Assembly (NCBI GenBank): GCA_043228905.1
Contig: JBHGNT010000005.1
Location: forward strand, 23,560,001 to 23,624,000
Source of the DNA: Azolla caroliniana
Lineage: Eukaryota; Plantae; Polypodiophyta
Direction of reading: 5' to 3'
DNA length: 64,000 nucleotides
Each line of letters opens with the position of its first letter. The stretch's first letter is position 1. A model generated the notes under the pieces. It searched no databases, was not told where the DNA came from, and saw only the letters and a list, made by a program, of their open reading frames with translations. Made by a program: the position numbers and the translations under genes. Shown in pieces: positions 11,128 through 21,664 of this stretch.

Positions 11128-12446
11128 TCAAATTGATTGGTCATTGTATTTTGTCTTGATGTTACACATGAAGGTTCCGAGGCAGAGAGATGTGGAACCA
11201 TCGAAGCCAAGGAATTTTTCATTGTATACTTCGAGGTCTAGGCACCCTAGATGTCCCCATGTTTTGAAGGAGAAAAGGGTTAGTGATGCTCCGGTGTCGA
11301 TTTCTGCCATTAAAGGTACATCATCGGCGAAGCATGGTAGGTGCGTCGTTACGTCATTAGAGTCGATCGCCTTAGCCATAGCTGCAGGGTGAGTGTCCCC
11401 TTGTGTTTTCAGTTTCGCTTGCACATTGCGAAGGTAGGTTTCTAGTCGGCCCATTCGGCCTTCGGATGCCTTAAGTTTGGCTTCCACTTCTCGTTGTCGA
11501 GCCATGAGTAGGGCTTCAAGGGTGAGGGGTCCGTAGCAACGTTTGAGCTTGCTCCCATTGATGAATCTTGGGATGTCGAGTGCTTCGAGCGTGCATATTC
11601 GACACGTTCTTGTCTTGGTAATTTTTGAGACCACATAGGGTCCTTCGCCTCGTAATTTGAGCTTCTTTTTTTGTCGTTGAGAGGCGAATTTGAGAGCCAT
11701 GTCCCTTTCAGCTAGGTCTTCGTCTTTTACATCTACTCATTTCCGCTGGGGTACGAGAGTGGTGACCTTAAAACACGAGATCGTGTCTCCGTCCTCATCG
11801 CTACACTTTGTACCAATGGGGTACATTGCATCGATCGTGGCGAGAGAGTGCACCCACTTCATCTCTGATGCATCAGAAGCTATGGATTGGTCTTCTTTTG
11901 CATTCTCTACCCTAGGATTAGTGGATGTTTGGAGAAACGGTTGACCCTTAGCCAAGATTTGAATTGTCTTTGTGGGGTGACATGCTAGGAGGTTGGTCTT
12001 GAACTTGGTGGTTTCTGAACAGTCGTTCACGAGAGGGCTGCCTTCTTGTTCGTGCACTTTTTGTGTGTATGCTTTGATGCGAAAGGTTTTGTTGTTTTTA
12101 TGCATATAGATTGTATCATTCCCGAAATCCATCACAAGGTGTCTTACACGTAGGAATGGTCTCCCTAGTAAACACTCGTAAGCCACATGATTGGATGACC
12201 TTCTGGCCGTTGAATGGACCTATCTGCCATTCGGAGTTTGACGTCTGAAGGAAGCATTTTTGGGTTCCCCCACTTACACCAATATTTGTAGCTGACTATA
12301 CTTACCCCTGCTCCCGTGTCAATGATCACGTCACACGTCGTGCCGTTGACGCAGACGGGGAGAGTGAAACTAGTATCGTCTCTCTCGAAGTGAGCTTCGC
12401 ATATATCTACCGGTGTTCCTTCGGGTTGTTTGGGGACTGTGGTCAT
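11128..12446 (-). pseudogene. Two retropepsin-like protease domains flanking an integrase GPY/F tail fragment
   Basis: VIIDTGAGVSIV...LLGRPFL (12446-~12150). KLKLRGEGPYVVSKI...INGSKLKRCY (~11670-11535). Second protease motif AEIDTGASLTL (~11310). Confidence 0.7.
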
Positions 12447-13298
12447 ATGAGGAGTATGGGTGTGTATCTTTTCTCCATAACCTGCTGATAGGCCTCCATT
12501 GAGGCGGTGAAGGACGTTGTGCCATGGTTGGATGTCGAGTTTGAGTAGCTCTTCGAGTGTGAACTCTATTTCCTTGGCGAGTATAGGTCGTAGTCAGGGG
12601 TTGTCAGTCACGAAGGTGCCGGTGTAGCTCCGTACTTCACGTAATGTGAGTCGTAATTTTAAATTTAATATTTGTTGGAACATGGTTGTGTTGACCTCTT
12701 TGATTGGGGTAGATTGGGAGATGGGGGTGTCGGTTGGTGTTACTACGAGGGGGCGTGTATCCGTGTGTTGGGGTGGAGGATTTACCCATTCTTCGAGTTG
12801 GTCGAAGTTTAGGCTCAGGAGACTAAGTGGTCTGTCGAACTGTTCGTGTCGTATGAGTTTGATGTACTCTTCGACCTTTTGTGTTTCATCTACTAGGTTT
12901 GGGTATGCTGCTAGGTGTGACAACAACTCTTGGTTAGGGTTGACGGGTATTGTTTCTACGTCTCCCTTTGGTACTTGATCTTGCTTCGAGACTTGTGTGG
13001 CTGCATTTTTTTTGGATTTTCGTCTCTTATGCGTAGTCGTGGGGAGGCCTTGGTCGTGATACTTTAAGTTATGAGCTACTCTTTGAGCTCGTGTGATGAT
13101 GTTGGCGCCAACCAATGATGGTATGATAGACAACATATTTGCGCCAATCCATTTCTTTTTTTCGGGGCAATCAGGTACTACGTGTTCTTTACCACACCCT
13201 AGGCGTGATGCTTCTCTTTGGAACCACTCGATAAGGTCCTGTGAATGTTGGGTGAGACTTTGTACCGGTGGTTGTGGGGGTGTTTCGAGTGGGGGATG

Positions 13299-14795
13299 TC
13301 ATTGTCGTTGTGCCATCCGGTTGTAGTACTTATGTTTGGTTGGGCACTTGCTAACCATGTGTGGGCCTTGGCAATTGAAACATTTCAATTCGGACCTTCT
13401 TAGACCATTATTGTTGTGATATCCCATTGACAGGCCTCTCTGTTCTCCTCTCAAGACGTACACTGGTATTTGGTTGCATTCAAAGTCCACGAAGTGGGAA
13501 AGCACCTCTTCTTCAATGCCGTACTCCCGGTATGAGTCTTCATATTCGGGGGCGTCCCCCCCAACCTGAGTTTGGTTATCAGTGGCGTATTCTAGTTCGG
13601 CGAGGCGAGCTTTGATGCGTGGTAGTGGGGGTTGTTGGGGAAGTATTGCCGATAGTTGTGGGCGGCAAAGCAGTGGAGGTGATCGTGGGTGCTCGACCAT
13701 TGGTGCTTGGTTATACCTTCCATTTGGGGCTGACCAGCAGTTCTCTTGAGAATGCATCACGAAGGCTTTGCACCACTTACAGTATTGAGGTCGCCGTTGG
13801 TGGAAGAGGGGGCACTCATGCCCCGTATGATGGCCATGGCACACCGTACACCTTAAATTTTCTCTTTGGGCGTATGCTTGGGGTCTTTCTATACAGGGTG
13901 GTCTCGACAGCATGGATGGAGTGGGATCTGAGGGCTTCTCACGGTTGTTCGTAGGCGCTTGAGTGGGTATCCGTAACCTGCTTATTGAATCTTCGAAAGT
14001 CATCACTACTGTGCAAGCTTCTGCGAATGACCGACACAACCTGGCAATCAGGAAATTTTGGAGTGTCGGGTCAAACAACCCATTGATGAATCGGCTCATC
14101 AATTTGCCGTTCGACATCTTGTCACTCGGGCTACAACGATGGTTAAAGCTTTTCGTGTGGCGTACGTAGTCCCGGACAGTTTCGTTCGCTTCTTGCTTAA
14201 GGGCAAAAAGTTGGTTGATCGAGTTCCATTTATTCCCTCGACGAGCAAAGTTTATTAGGAAATCTTCAATGACATGCTCGAAGTCCGTGACGATGTCCTC
14301 ATTCAAGGTCCTAAACCAAATTCCTGCTTGTTCATCGAGTGTAAGTCTGAACGCCGCTACTTTGGTGGTCTCTGTGAGGGGCTCATAAGCTCGAGATATC
14401 TGCTTGAACCTTTCTACTTGATCATATGTGTCACCGAAACCGAGAAAACGGGGTACTAGTTTAGAAATGGAAGAACTTTTCCCGTTGTCATTTGTGGGGT
14501 TTCTTGCATTGTCTGTGGGCGCTCGCTCTTTTTCCATCAATGCCATGAGGGTTTGGATGGATTGTAATGCTAGTGCGAGTTCGGTGTTCGGGGGTGCTGA
14601 GGTAGTTTGATCGGTTGTAGGGGTCGTGTCCATACACGGGGGTGTCGGGTGTCGTTTGCGTGTGTCCTCACCCAACCCTCCGCGGTATCGAGCTAGGTTC
14701 GATGGGTCAGCACCATGTGTTTGGTTGGTTTGTGTGGACTCCTCCTGGCGTGTGGGTCGGGTTTTGCACATCTCCGTCCATGAGGATCTGGCCAT
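13299..14795 (-). CDS. gag: Gag-like protein of element A
   Basis: 498-aa ORF with a retrotransposon gag core (AGIWF...F..F...LFALKQEANETVRDYV...FINGL) and several Cys/His knuckles (CFNCQGPHMVSKC). Confidence 0.75.
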   Translation of the reverse strand: MARSSWTEMCKTRPTRQEESTQTNQTHGADPSNLARYRGGLGEDTRKRHPTPPCMDTTPTTDQTTSAPPNTELALALQSIQTLMALMEKERAPTDNARNPTNDNGKSSSISKLVPRFLGFGDTYDQVERFKQISRAYEPLTETTKVAAFRLTLDEQAGIWFRTLNEDIVTDFEHVIEDFLINFARRGNKWNSINQLFALKQEANETVRDYVRHTKSFNHRCSPSDKMSNGKLMSRFINGLFDPTLQNFLIARLCRSFAEACTVVMTFEDSISRLRIPTQAPTNNREKPSDPTPSMLSRPPCIERPQAYAQRENLRCTVCHGHHTGHECPLFHQRRPQYCKWCKAFVMHSQENCWSAPNGRYNQAPMVEHPRSPPLLCRPQLSAILPQQPPLPRIKARLAELEYATDNQTQVGGDAPEYEDSYREYGIEEEVLSHFVDFECNQIPVYVLRGEQRGLSMGYHNNNGLRRSELKCFNCQGPHMVSKCPTKHKYYNRMAQRQ

Positions 14796-14799
14796 GTTC

Positions 14800-15163
14800 T
14801 CTTGTCAAGCTTTGCGGGTTCGTCGAACTTTGTGGATTTGGCAAACTTTGACCTTTCGTCGAAAGATGTGGGTTTGTCGAACTTTGAGGGTTTGGCAAAC
14901 ATTGACCTTTCGTCGAACTTTGATCTTTCGTCGAAGGATGTGGGTTCGTTGAATTTTGATTTTTCGTCGAAGGATGTGGGTTTGTCGAAAGATGTGGGTT
15001 CGTCGAACTTTGATCTTTCGTCGAAGGATGTGGGTTCTTCCAAAGATGTGGGTTTGTCGAACTTTGATCTTTTGTCAAAGGATGTGGGTTCGTCGAAAGA
15101 TGTGGGTTTGTCGAACTTTGATCTTTCGTCGAAGGATGTGGGTTTGTCGAAAGATGGGTTCGT
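14800..15163. repeat. 18/21-bp tandem array in element A 5' region, continuing at 41470-41590
   Basis: GTCGAAGGATGTGGGTT and GTCGAACTTTGATCTTT units occur on both sides of element B. Confidence 0.85.
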
Positions 15164-15603
15164 TGTTACCCGGCCGACAAAGGTGTAGAGACCAGAATGT
15201 GAAAGGGATGGTTATTTGGAATATATTAAAGTAGATTATAATTATGTCGTGAATGGACGGACCGGAATCGGTATGCCGATCCGGATCCGGACTGGTTCCG
15301 AACAGGTGCCGGTTGGCACCGTTTTTGTAAGTAGCATCGGTGACCTATATAAAGGCCCGGTTACAATGTATAACTTTAACGGAGAATTAATATAAGCTTC
15401 TTGTTTTATCTTCACGTATTGATTACCGTTCTGTATTAATTGTTATATCTTACGCGTGTATTAAATGTATGCCTTATTGCTAAGTAGCCAATTAAGTCGA
15501 ATTAATCGTTGTGTCTTAAGTTATCTCGCCGTAACACCCCTTTGGTGAAGTGTCTTCCAAAGACACCCTGTGTTAGGCCCTTGTCCGGCCCTAAGGATTA
15601 ACA
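15164..15603 (+). repeat. Element B 5' LTR
   Basis: TGTTA...TAACA with TATATAAAGG inside; repeated at 41030-41469. Confidence 0.92.
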
Positions 15604-16181
15604 CAGTTTTTGGCGACCACGATTCCTGCACAATCGCAGCGAACATCAGCGGGAATGGATGACGCGACCAACGAACGACCCAGTTACAGAGCGAGCAAGG
15701 AGACTTGCTGAACGGCTGAGGAAGCGAGAGGCTTTCCAACAAGCGGCAGGAGAAATAAGAGCGGATTGCTCATTTTCCAAGGTGATCCAAAGAGTGGCCA
15801 AGGAGTCACTTCGGTTACCACAAAACGCCTACCCGAACGAAGGAAGCAGCCTAAGCAGCCTCCGAGAAGTGGAATCCCTTCTCCAGGCATTTGTCATAAC
15901 TAGACTCGAACCCATAACCTTTTGTTACACGGGTCGAGACTTTACCATTAGGTTATGAATTGTAATTTGAAGGATATTATTTTCATTTAGGTTTTATTAG
16001 GAAATTGATGTATATTCCAGATTTCTCTGGAACATTCTAGAAACTTCAGGAGTATTCCTGAAGACACTATAAAAGGAGGCGCAAGGCATTAGTTCGAACC
16101 AAATCGGTTCAACGCCAGTCTTAAGCCTTCTAACCACTGTTGTATATCTTCCTTCATATAATACATATATCTTTCGCATCA

Positions 16182-16219
<38 letters not shown>

Positions 16220-16352
16220 ACTCATTCCTTCTCTCAAAGTTCGACACCTCTCATAGTACTAATCCTTCTCTGTCTTAGTACTATTCCCCGACAATAGTAC
16301 TAATCCTTCTTTTAGTACTAATTCCTTCTCTGCCTTAATAGAGTTCCTGACA

Positions 16353-16366
16353 GTTTGAACCGATTT
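16353..16366 (+). promoter_or_regulatory. Self-priming PBS
   Basis: GTTTGAACCGATTT is complementary to AAATCGGTTCAA at 16101-16112 in the LTR, about 30 nt downstream of TATAAAA. No TGG tRNA-type PBS is present. Confidence 0.75.
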
Positions 16367-16452
16367 GCGGTGCCTGTCTGGTTTTTTCTCTCCCTCTTCC
16401 TTCTGTCTCCCTCCTTTCCTATTAGTCTCTTATTCCCCTTTTCCTTCATCCC

Positions 16453-17622
16453 ATGGCCACCGTTAGCGCTGAAGAGTATCAATCCGTTTTCTCGGAATTT
16501 CAATGCTTGAAAGAGAAGTTTCATGCTTTGGAACAAGAAAATCAAGGCTTGTTGGGGGATCTTCAGCAAATTTCCTTAGAAAAGCAGCAAACGCAACAAC
16601 AGCATGGGGAACTTGCGTTACGCGTGCAACAACTCGAAGCAACCATCGTAGCAATGCAACAACAAGGGCACGGAGCACAAGGGATTCATAAAGAACCCAA
16701 GATTGGCCTTCCCACGAAGTTCGATGGAACGCGATCGCAGTTTAGAGGGTTTCTTAACCAGGTACGGTTAGTTATTCAAATGCATCCGTCCCGATATCCC
16801 ACCGATGCATCACAAGTGGGTTTAGTAGGCACGTTGTTAAATGGCTCAGCATTAGCATGGTTCGCTCCGCTACTAGAAAAGGAATCTCCAGTACTAAATA
16901 ATTTTGAAGAATTCATAAGTGAGTTTAAAGCATGTTTTGGAGATACTGACAGCATAAGGACTGCAATCAATAAAATCCGGCGATTACGCCAAGGTGACCG
17001 TCCAGCCTCCGCATATGCTGCAGATTTCCGCCTACTCGCCGCCGATATCCCCTGGGATGATCAAGCATTGATGGAGCAGTTCCGCTATGGTCTACGCAAC
17101 GATGTCAAGGATTTACTCTTGACTTTCCCTGAAGAGCCAAAATCATTAACAGAAGCAATCAGTCGAGCGGTCAGATGTGACAACCGCCTCTTCGAGCGAC
17201 GTTCGGAACGACAATTTCAGATGCCGAGGGCAAGATCCGAGCCTACCTATGCCTCAGTGGTAGCGAAACCTTTTCAAAGGGAGTCACATAATGCGCCTCC
17301 AGTAAGTACTCCAACTCCAATGGAAATTGACACTACACGTCGTCGTGGGCCGCTATCGGAGGAGGAAAAGCAACGACGCCGAACAAACCGATTATGCCTT
17401 TATTGCGGTGGACCAGGGCATATCGCGATAAACTGTCCCCATAGACCAAGAAGGCAGGTAAACCAAGTCGTTGTTAGTTCTGACTATACTAAACCCGAGT
17501 CTATTTCAGTAGGAATCTCTGATAGTCCTCATAGTCATAATAGTCCTAATAGTACTAATAGTCCGAATCTCGCAAACAAATTTGATATCCTTAGCCAATT
17601 AGAAGAAGAGTTAAACGACTAA
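16453..17622 (+). CDS. gag: Gag (PEG10/chromovirus-like, CCHC knuckle)
   Basis: PKIGLPTKFDG...LRQGDRPASAYAADF...PTPMEID...LCLYCGGPGHIAINCP. Confidence 0.95.
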   Translation: MATVSAEEYQSVFSEFQCLKEKFHALEQENQGLLGDLQQISLEKQQTQQQHGELALRVQQLEATIVAMQQQGHGAQGIHKEPKIGLPTKFDGTRSQFRGFLNQVRLVIQMHPSRYPTDASQVGLVGTLLNGSALAWFAPLLEKESPVLNNFEEFISEFKACFGDTDSIRTAINKIRRLRQGDRPASAYAADFRLLAADIPWDDQALMEQFRYGLRNDVKDLLLTFPEEPKSLTEAISRAVRCDNRLFERRSERQFQMPRARSEPTYASVVAKPFQRESHNAPPVSTPTPMEIDTTRRRGPLSEEEKQRRRTNRLCLYCGGPGHIAINCPHRPRRQVNQVVVSSDYTKPESISVGISDSPHSHNSPNSTNSPNLANKFDILSQLEEELND

Positions 17623-17661
17623 GTCCAGCCAAAATAGGAGCCGTTTGGTTGGACAGCCCTA
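17610..17661 (+). promoter_or_regulatory. Predicted -1 ribosomal frameshift signal
   Basis: G_TTA_AAC slippery site, 6-nt spacer, stem GTCCAGCCAAA/TTTGGTTGGAC. Loop TAGG can pair with CCTA at 17658. pol is in the -1 frame and open across the site. Confidence 0.65.
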
Positions 17662-20600
17662 GATCTGTGCAGCCCATTAGTGGTTCCATTCCCTCTAAGC
17701 AAGTTAGTGATGTGTTCGTAGCCCAAGTAGCAGTTAGTACTAAAAGTACCCCTCCAGTACATACCTTAGCCCTTCTAGATTCCGGAGCTAATTCTTGCTT
17801 CATGGATAGGAATTTTGCCCGAGCTCATCAGATATCTCTCAGAAAGCTCCCATGTCCAGCCTCAGTAGTAGTCATTGATGGTCGTCCCATTGCTTCTGGT
17901 AACATCATAGAAGAGTCGGAACCCATTAATATTGTCCTAGATAACTTAACATGTGTAGTATCATTTAATATTATTAGTATTCCAGAACATCCCATAGTTT
18001 TAGGATTACCATGGTTCGAGTTACATAACCCAGACATAGATTGGAGGACAAGGGAAATCCGGTTGCGACAAACCCAAGGATCTACCCAGAAGGTTGCAAC
18101 CATTTCGCTACGTCAGTTGCGTGAGGAAGGGCGCAAGGAGGAAATGTTTCTCTTCGCAATATCAGTACAACCCTCCAGCACCACCAAAGAGGAGTCCACC
18201 GTTCAACTTCCCGAGAAGTATCATCAGTATGCTGATGTGTTCGATAAAGTACAAGCCAACACACTTCCTCATCATCGGCCGTACGATTGCGCCATCGACT
18301 TACAACCGGGAAAAGAGCCGCCATGGGGGCCGATCTACAATTTGTCACCAACCGAGCTAGAAGTCCTTCGAGCCTATATAGAGGAGAATTTGGAGAACGG
18401 TTTCATTCGGCATTCGAAATCTCCAGCCGGCGCACCCATTTTCTTCGTCAAGAAAAAAGATGGCTCGCTTCGACTCGTTGTAGATTACCGTGGCTTGAAT
18501 AAGGTCACAGTAAGAAATAGGTATGCTCTTCCCCTTATCTCAAGTCTTTTAGAACGGATCAACGGTGCCAGGTTCTTCACGAAGATCGACTTACGAGGAG
18601 CCTATAACCTCGTACGGATCCGACCAGGAGATGAATGGAAGACCGCGTTTCGCACCAGATATGGGCACTTCGAGTATACGGTCATGCCGTTCGGACTCAC
18701 TAATGCGCCGGCAGTCTTCCAGCACATGGCGAATGATATATTTCGAGATCTCTTGGATGATTTTTTGATCATCTATTTGGATGATCTACTGGTTTATTCA
18801 AAGACCCAAGAAGAACATGATTCTCATGTACTATTAGTACTAAAACGACTTCGAGAACATGGTCTGTATGCAAAGTTAGAGAAATGTAGTTTCGGGTGCA
18901 ACCAAGTGGAGTTTCTCGGCTATGTCATCTCCTCAGAAGGCATATCTATGGACCCAGCCAAGGTCAAAACGGTGATAGAATGGCACACTCCGCGTTCGGT
19001 GCGGGATGTGCAATGCTTCCTAGGCTTTGCAAATTTTTACCGGAAGTTCATACAAAATTACTCAAAAATTGTGCTGCCTCTCACACAGCTCACCAGGAAG
19101 GGACAATCATTCATCTGGTCTAAAGAGACGGACATGGCTTTCGAGAGTCTTAAGAAGGCGTTTACATCAGCTCCAATTTTAGGTCATGTGGATCCGGAAA
19201 AACCATTCATTATCGAAGCTGACGCATCGGATTTCGCATTGGGGAGCATTCTGTCACAACAAGGTAACGACGAGAAGCTACATCCTGTGGCTTTCCACTC
19301 CCGTAAGTTTGACGCCGCCGAAATCAACTACGAAATTCATGATAAAGAGCTATTAGCAATAGTTGATTCTTTTATGCAATGGAGGCATTTCCTGGAGGGA
19401 TCTCCTCATCAGGTCACTGTATTCAGTGACCACAAGAACCTTGCCTACTTTCAAGATGCTCGTGTACTGAATCGACGTCAAGCTCGGTGGGCCCACTTCC
19501 TCACACGCTTCGACTTCAAAATTACATATCGTCCGGGGAAGCACCAAGGGAAGGCAGATGCATTATCACGGCGTTCGTATCTAACACCACGTCCCGGTGA
19601 GCCAGCTTTCGATAACCAGAAGCAAGTAATCTTGGGTCCAGCACGACTGCAAGCAGCACAGGTCTTTGACATGCCCGTGGATTCCAACATTACCAATACT
19701 ATACGTGAGGACTTGAAGACTGACGCTTTCGCCCAAGCTATACTAGCACAAATTGACCCCTCTCGAGCGTCATGTTCACAATCACAATCACCAGGTACGG
19801 ATTATCGGCAATTCAAATACTGTGATGGATTACTCTTCTTTAAAGAACTTTTGTATGTTCCTAATGGTTCTTGCCGCCTTCGAGTAGTACAAAACTGCCA
19901 TGACACATATACAGCAGGACATTTTGGTAGTACTAAAACATTAGATTTAGTACAACGATCATTCTGGTGGCCCCGTATGCGACAATTTGTCGAAGATTTT
20001 GTTCGGACTTGCGATACATGCTGCAGAGCGAAAATGCCAAGACATCATCCATATGGTTTATTAGAACCATTACCAATTCCAAGCAAACCATGGCAATCCA
20101 TTGCTCTTGACTTCATTACAGATCTTCCAGTCTCTAAGGGATTCAGTGCGATTCTCACAGTGGTGGATCGATATACGAAGATGGCTCATTTCTTACCATG
20201 TACTAAAGAAATATCTAGTGAAGACACCGCCGAAATTGTCATGCGGGAAGTATGTCGGCATCATGGACTCCCTGATAATATCATCAGCGATCGTGGACCC
20301 CAGTTTGTGTCAAAATTCTGGAAGCACCTTTTTAAAATGCTGAAGGTCACTTGTAACCTCTCCTCCGGCTACCACCCACAAACCGACGGTCAAGCCGAAC
20401 GAACAAATCAAACACTGGAGCAGTATCTGCGGTGCTTTCTCAACTATCATCAGAATGACTGGGCAGATATTCTTCAGTTCGCCGAATTTGCCTATAATAA
20501 CGCTATCCACGCATCGACTAAAGTCACGCCATTCTACGCTTATACAGGATATCATCCCCGGTGGTGTGTCCTTGAAACCCCAGAAGTGTCCACAAATCCG

Positions 20601-21206
20601 TGCGCGGAGGATCGTTTGGAGCGGTTACGCAAGATACAAGCGGATTTATCTACTCAACTCCAGCAAGCTCAACAATCACACAAGGACTACGCAGATCGTC
20701 ATCGACTTCCATCCAGTTTTAACATTGGAGATCGGGTGTGGCTGCTACGACGACACATCAAGACTACTCGCCCATGTGAGAAGTTGGATTATCGGCGATT
20801 AGGTCCTTTCCGTATTATCGGGAAGATTAATGATGTCGCTTTTCGTCTCGAGCTACCTCCGCAACTTCGGATACATCCGGTATTTCATAGTTCTCTCCTC
20901 GAACCCTATCACGAGAGCACTATCCCAGGACGTACTATACAACCACCACCTCCTATCGAGCTCGAAGATGGACCTGAGTATGAGGTCGCTGCCATCCTCG
21001 ATTCCAAGATTGTTCGCAACAAGCTCTACTATCTAGTCGATTGGCTAGGATATAGTCCCAGCGAGCGTACTTGGGAACCGATCGAGAATGTGACCAATGC
21101 TCGTGCTCTTCTAGAAGACTTCCATCGACGATATCCCGAGAAACCGGGTCCTCAATCCAAAACGACTCGTGGAACTCGTCGTTTTAAAGGGGGGATAGTG
21201 TCATAA
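17649..21206 (+). CDS. pol: Pol polyprotein: protease, RT, RNase H, integrase, chromodomain
   Basis: LLDSGA; YLDD RT motif; EADASD RNase H; HHCC plus D,D,E integrase; GPF motif; EYEVAAILDSK...YYLVDWLGY...TWEP chromodomain. Confidence 0.97.
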   Translation: MDSPRSVQPISGSIPSKQVSDVFVAQVAVSTKSTPPVHTLALLDSGANSCFMDRNFARAHQISLRKLPCPASVVVIDGRPIASGNIIEESEPINIVLDNLTCVVSFNIISIPEHPIVLGLPWFELHNPDIDWRTREIRLRQTQGSTQKVATISLRQLREEGRKEEMFLFAISVQPSSTTKEESTVQLPEKYHQYADVFDKVQANTLPHHRPYDCAIDLQPGKEPPWGPIYNLSPTELEVLRAYIEENLENGFIRHSKSPAGAPIFFVKKKDGSLRLVVDYRGLNKVTVRNRYALPLISSLLERINGARFFTKIDLRGAYNLVRIRPGDEWKTAFRTRYGHFEYTVMPFGLTNAPAVFQHMANDIFRDLLDDFLIIYLDDLLVYSKTQEEHDSHVLLVLKRLREHGLYAKLEKCSFGCNQVEFLGYVISSEGISMDPAKVKTVIEWHTPRSVRDVQCFLGFANFYRKFIQNYSKIVLPLTQLTRKGQSFIWSKETDMAFESLKKAFTSAPILGHVDPEKPFIIEADASDFALGSILSQQGNDEKLHPVAFHSRKFDAAEINYEIHDKELLAIVDSFMQWRHFLEGSPHQVTVFSDHKNLAYFQDARVLNRRQARWAHFLTRFDFKITYRPGKHQGKADALSRRSYLTPRPGEPAFDNQKQVILGPARLQAAQVFDMPVDSNITNTIREDLKTDAFAQAILAQIDPSRASCSQSQSPGTDYRQFKYCDGLLFFKELLYVPNGSCRLRVVQNCHDTYTAGHFGSTKTLDLVQRSFWWPRMRQFVEDFVRTCDTCCRAKMPRHHPYGLLEPLPIPSKPWQSIALDFITDLPVSKGFSAILTVVDRYTKMAHFLPCTKEISSEDTAEIVMREVCRHHGLPDNIISDRGPQFVSKFWKHLFKMLKVTCNLSSGYHPQTDGQAERTNQTLEQYLRCFLNYHQNDWADILQFAEFAYNNAIHASTKVTPFYAYTGYHPRWCVLETPEVSTNPCAEDRLERLRKIQADLSTQLQQAQQSHKDYADRHRLPSSFNIGDRVWLLRRHIKTTRPCEKLDYRRLGPFRIIGKINDVAFRLELPPQLRIHPVFHSSLLEPYHESTIPGRTIQPPPPIELEDGPEYEVAAILDSKIVRNKLYYLVDWLGYSPSERTWEPIENVTNARALLEDFHRRYPEKPGPQSKTTRGTRRFKGGIVS

Positions 21207-21488
21207 CTAGACTCGAACCCATAACCTTTTGTTACACGGGTCGAGACTTTACCATTAGGTTATGAATTGTAATTTGAAGGATATTATTTTCATTTAGGTT
21301 TTATTAGGAAATTGATGTATATTCCAGATTTCTCTGGAACATTCTAGAAACTTCAGGAGTATTCCTGAAGACACTATAAAAGGAGGCGCAAGGCATTAGT
21401 TCGAACCAAATCGGTTCAACGCCAGTCTTAAGCCTTCTAACCACTGTTGTATATCTTCCTTCATATAATACATATATCTTTCGCATCA

Positions 21489-21528
<40 letters not shown>

Positions 21529-21664
21529 ACTCATTCCTTCTCTCAAAGTTCGACACCTCTCATAGTACTAATCCTTCTCTGTCTTAGTACTATTCCCCGA
21601 CAATAGTACTAATCCTTCTTTTAGTACTAATTCCTTCTCTGCCTTAATAGAGTTCCTGACAGCA

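Larger units (their letters stand above)
15892..21661 (+). mobile_element. Intact young chromovirus (Tcn1/Tf1-sushi-like Ty3/Gypsy), element C
   Basis: LTRs 15892-16352 / 21199-21661 appear identical except one CT unit. TSD GCATT. PPT AAAGGGGGGATAG at 21186-21198. Open gag and pol with a chromodomain. Inserted into the gag of element B. Confidence 0.97.

Noticed and set aside
14626-15234. Repetitive ORFs in several frames on both strands
   Set aside because: By-products of the 18/21-bp tandem array in element A's leader.
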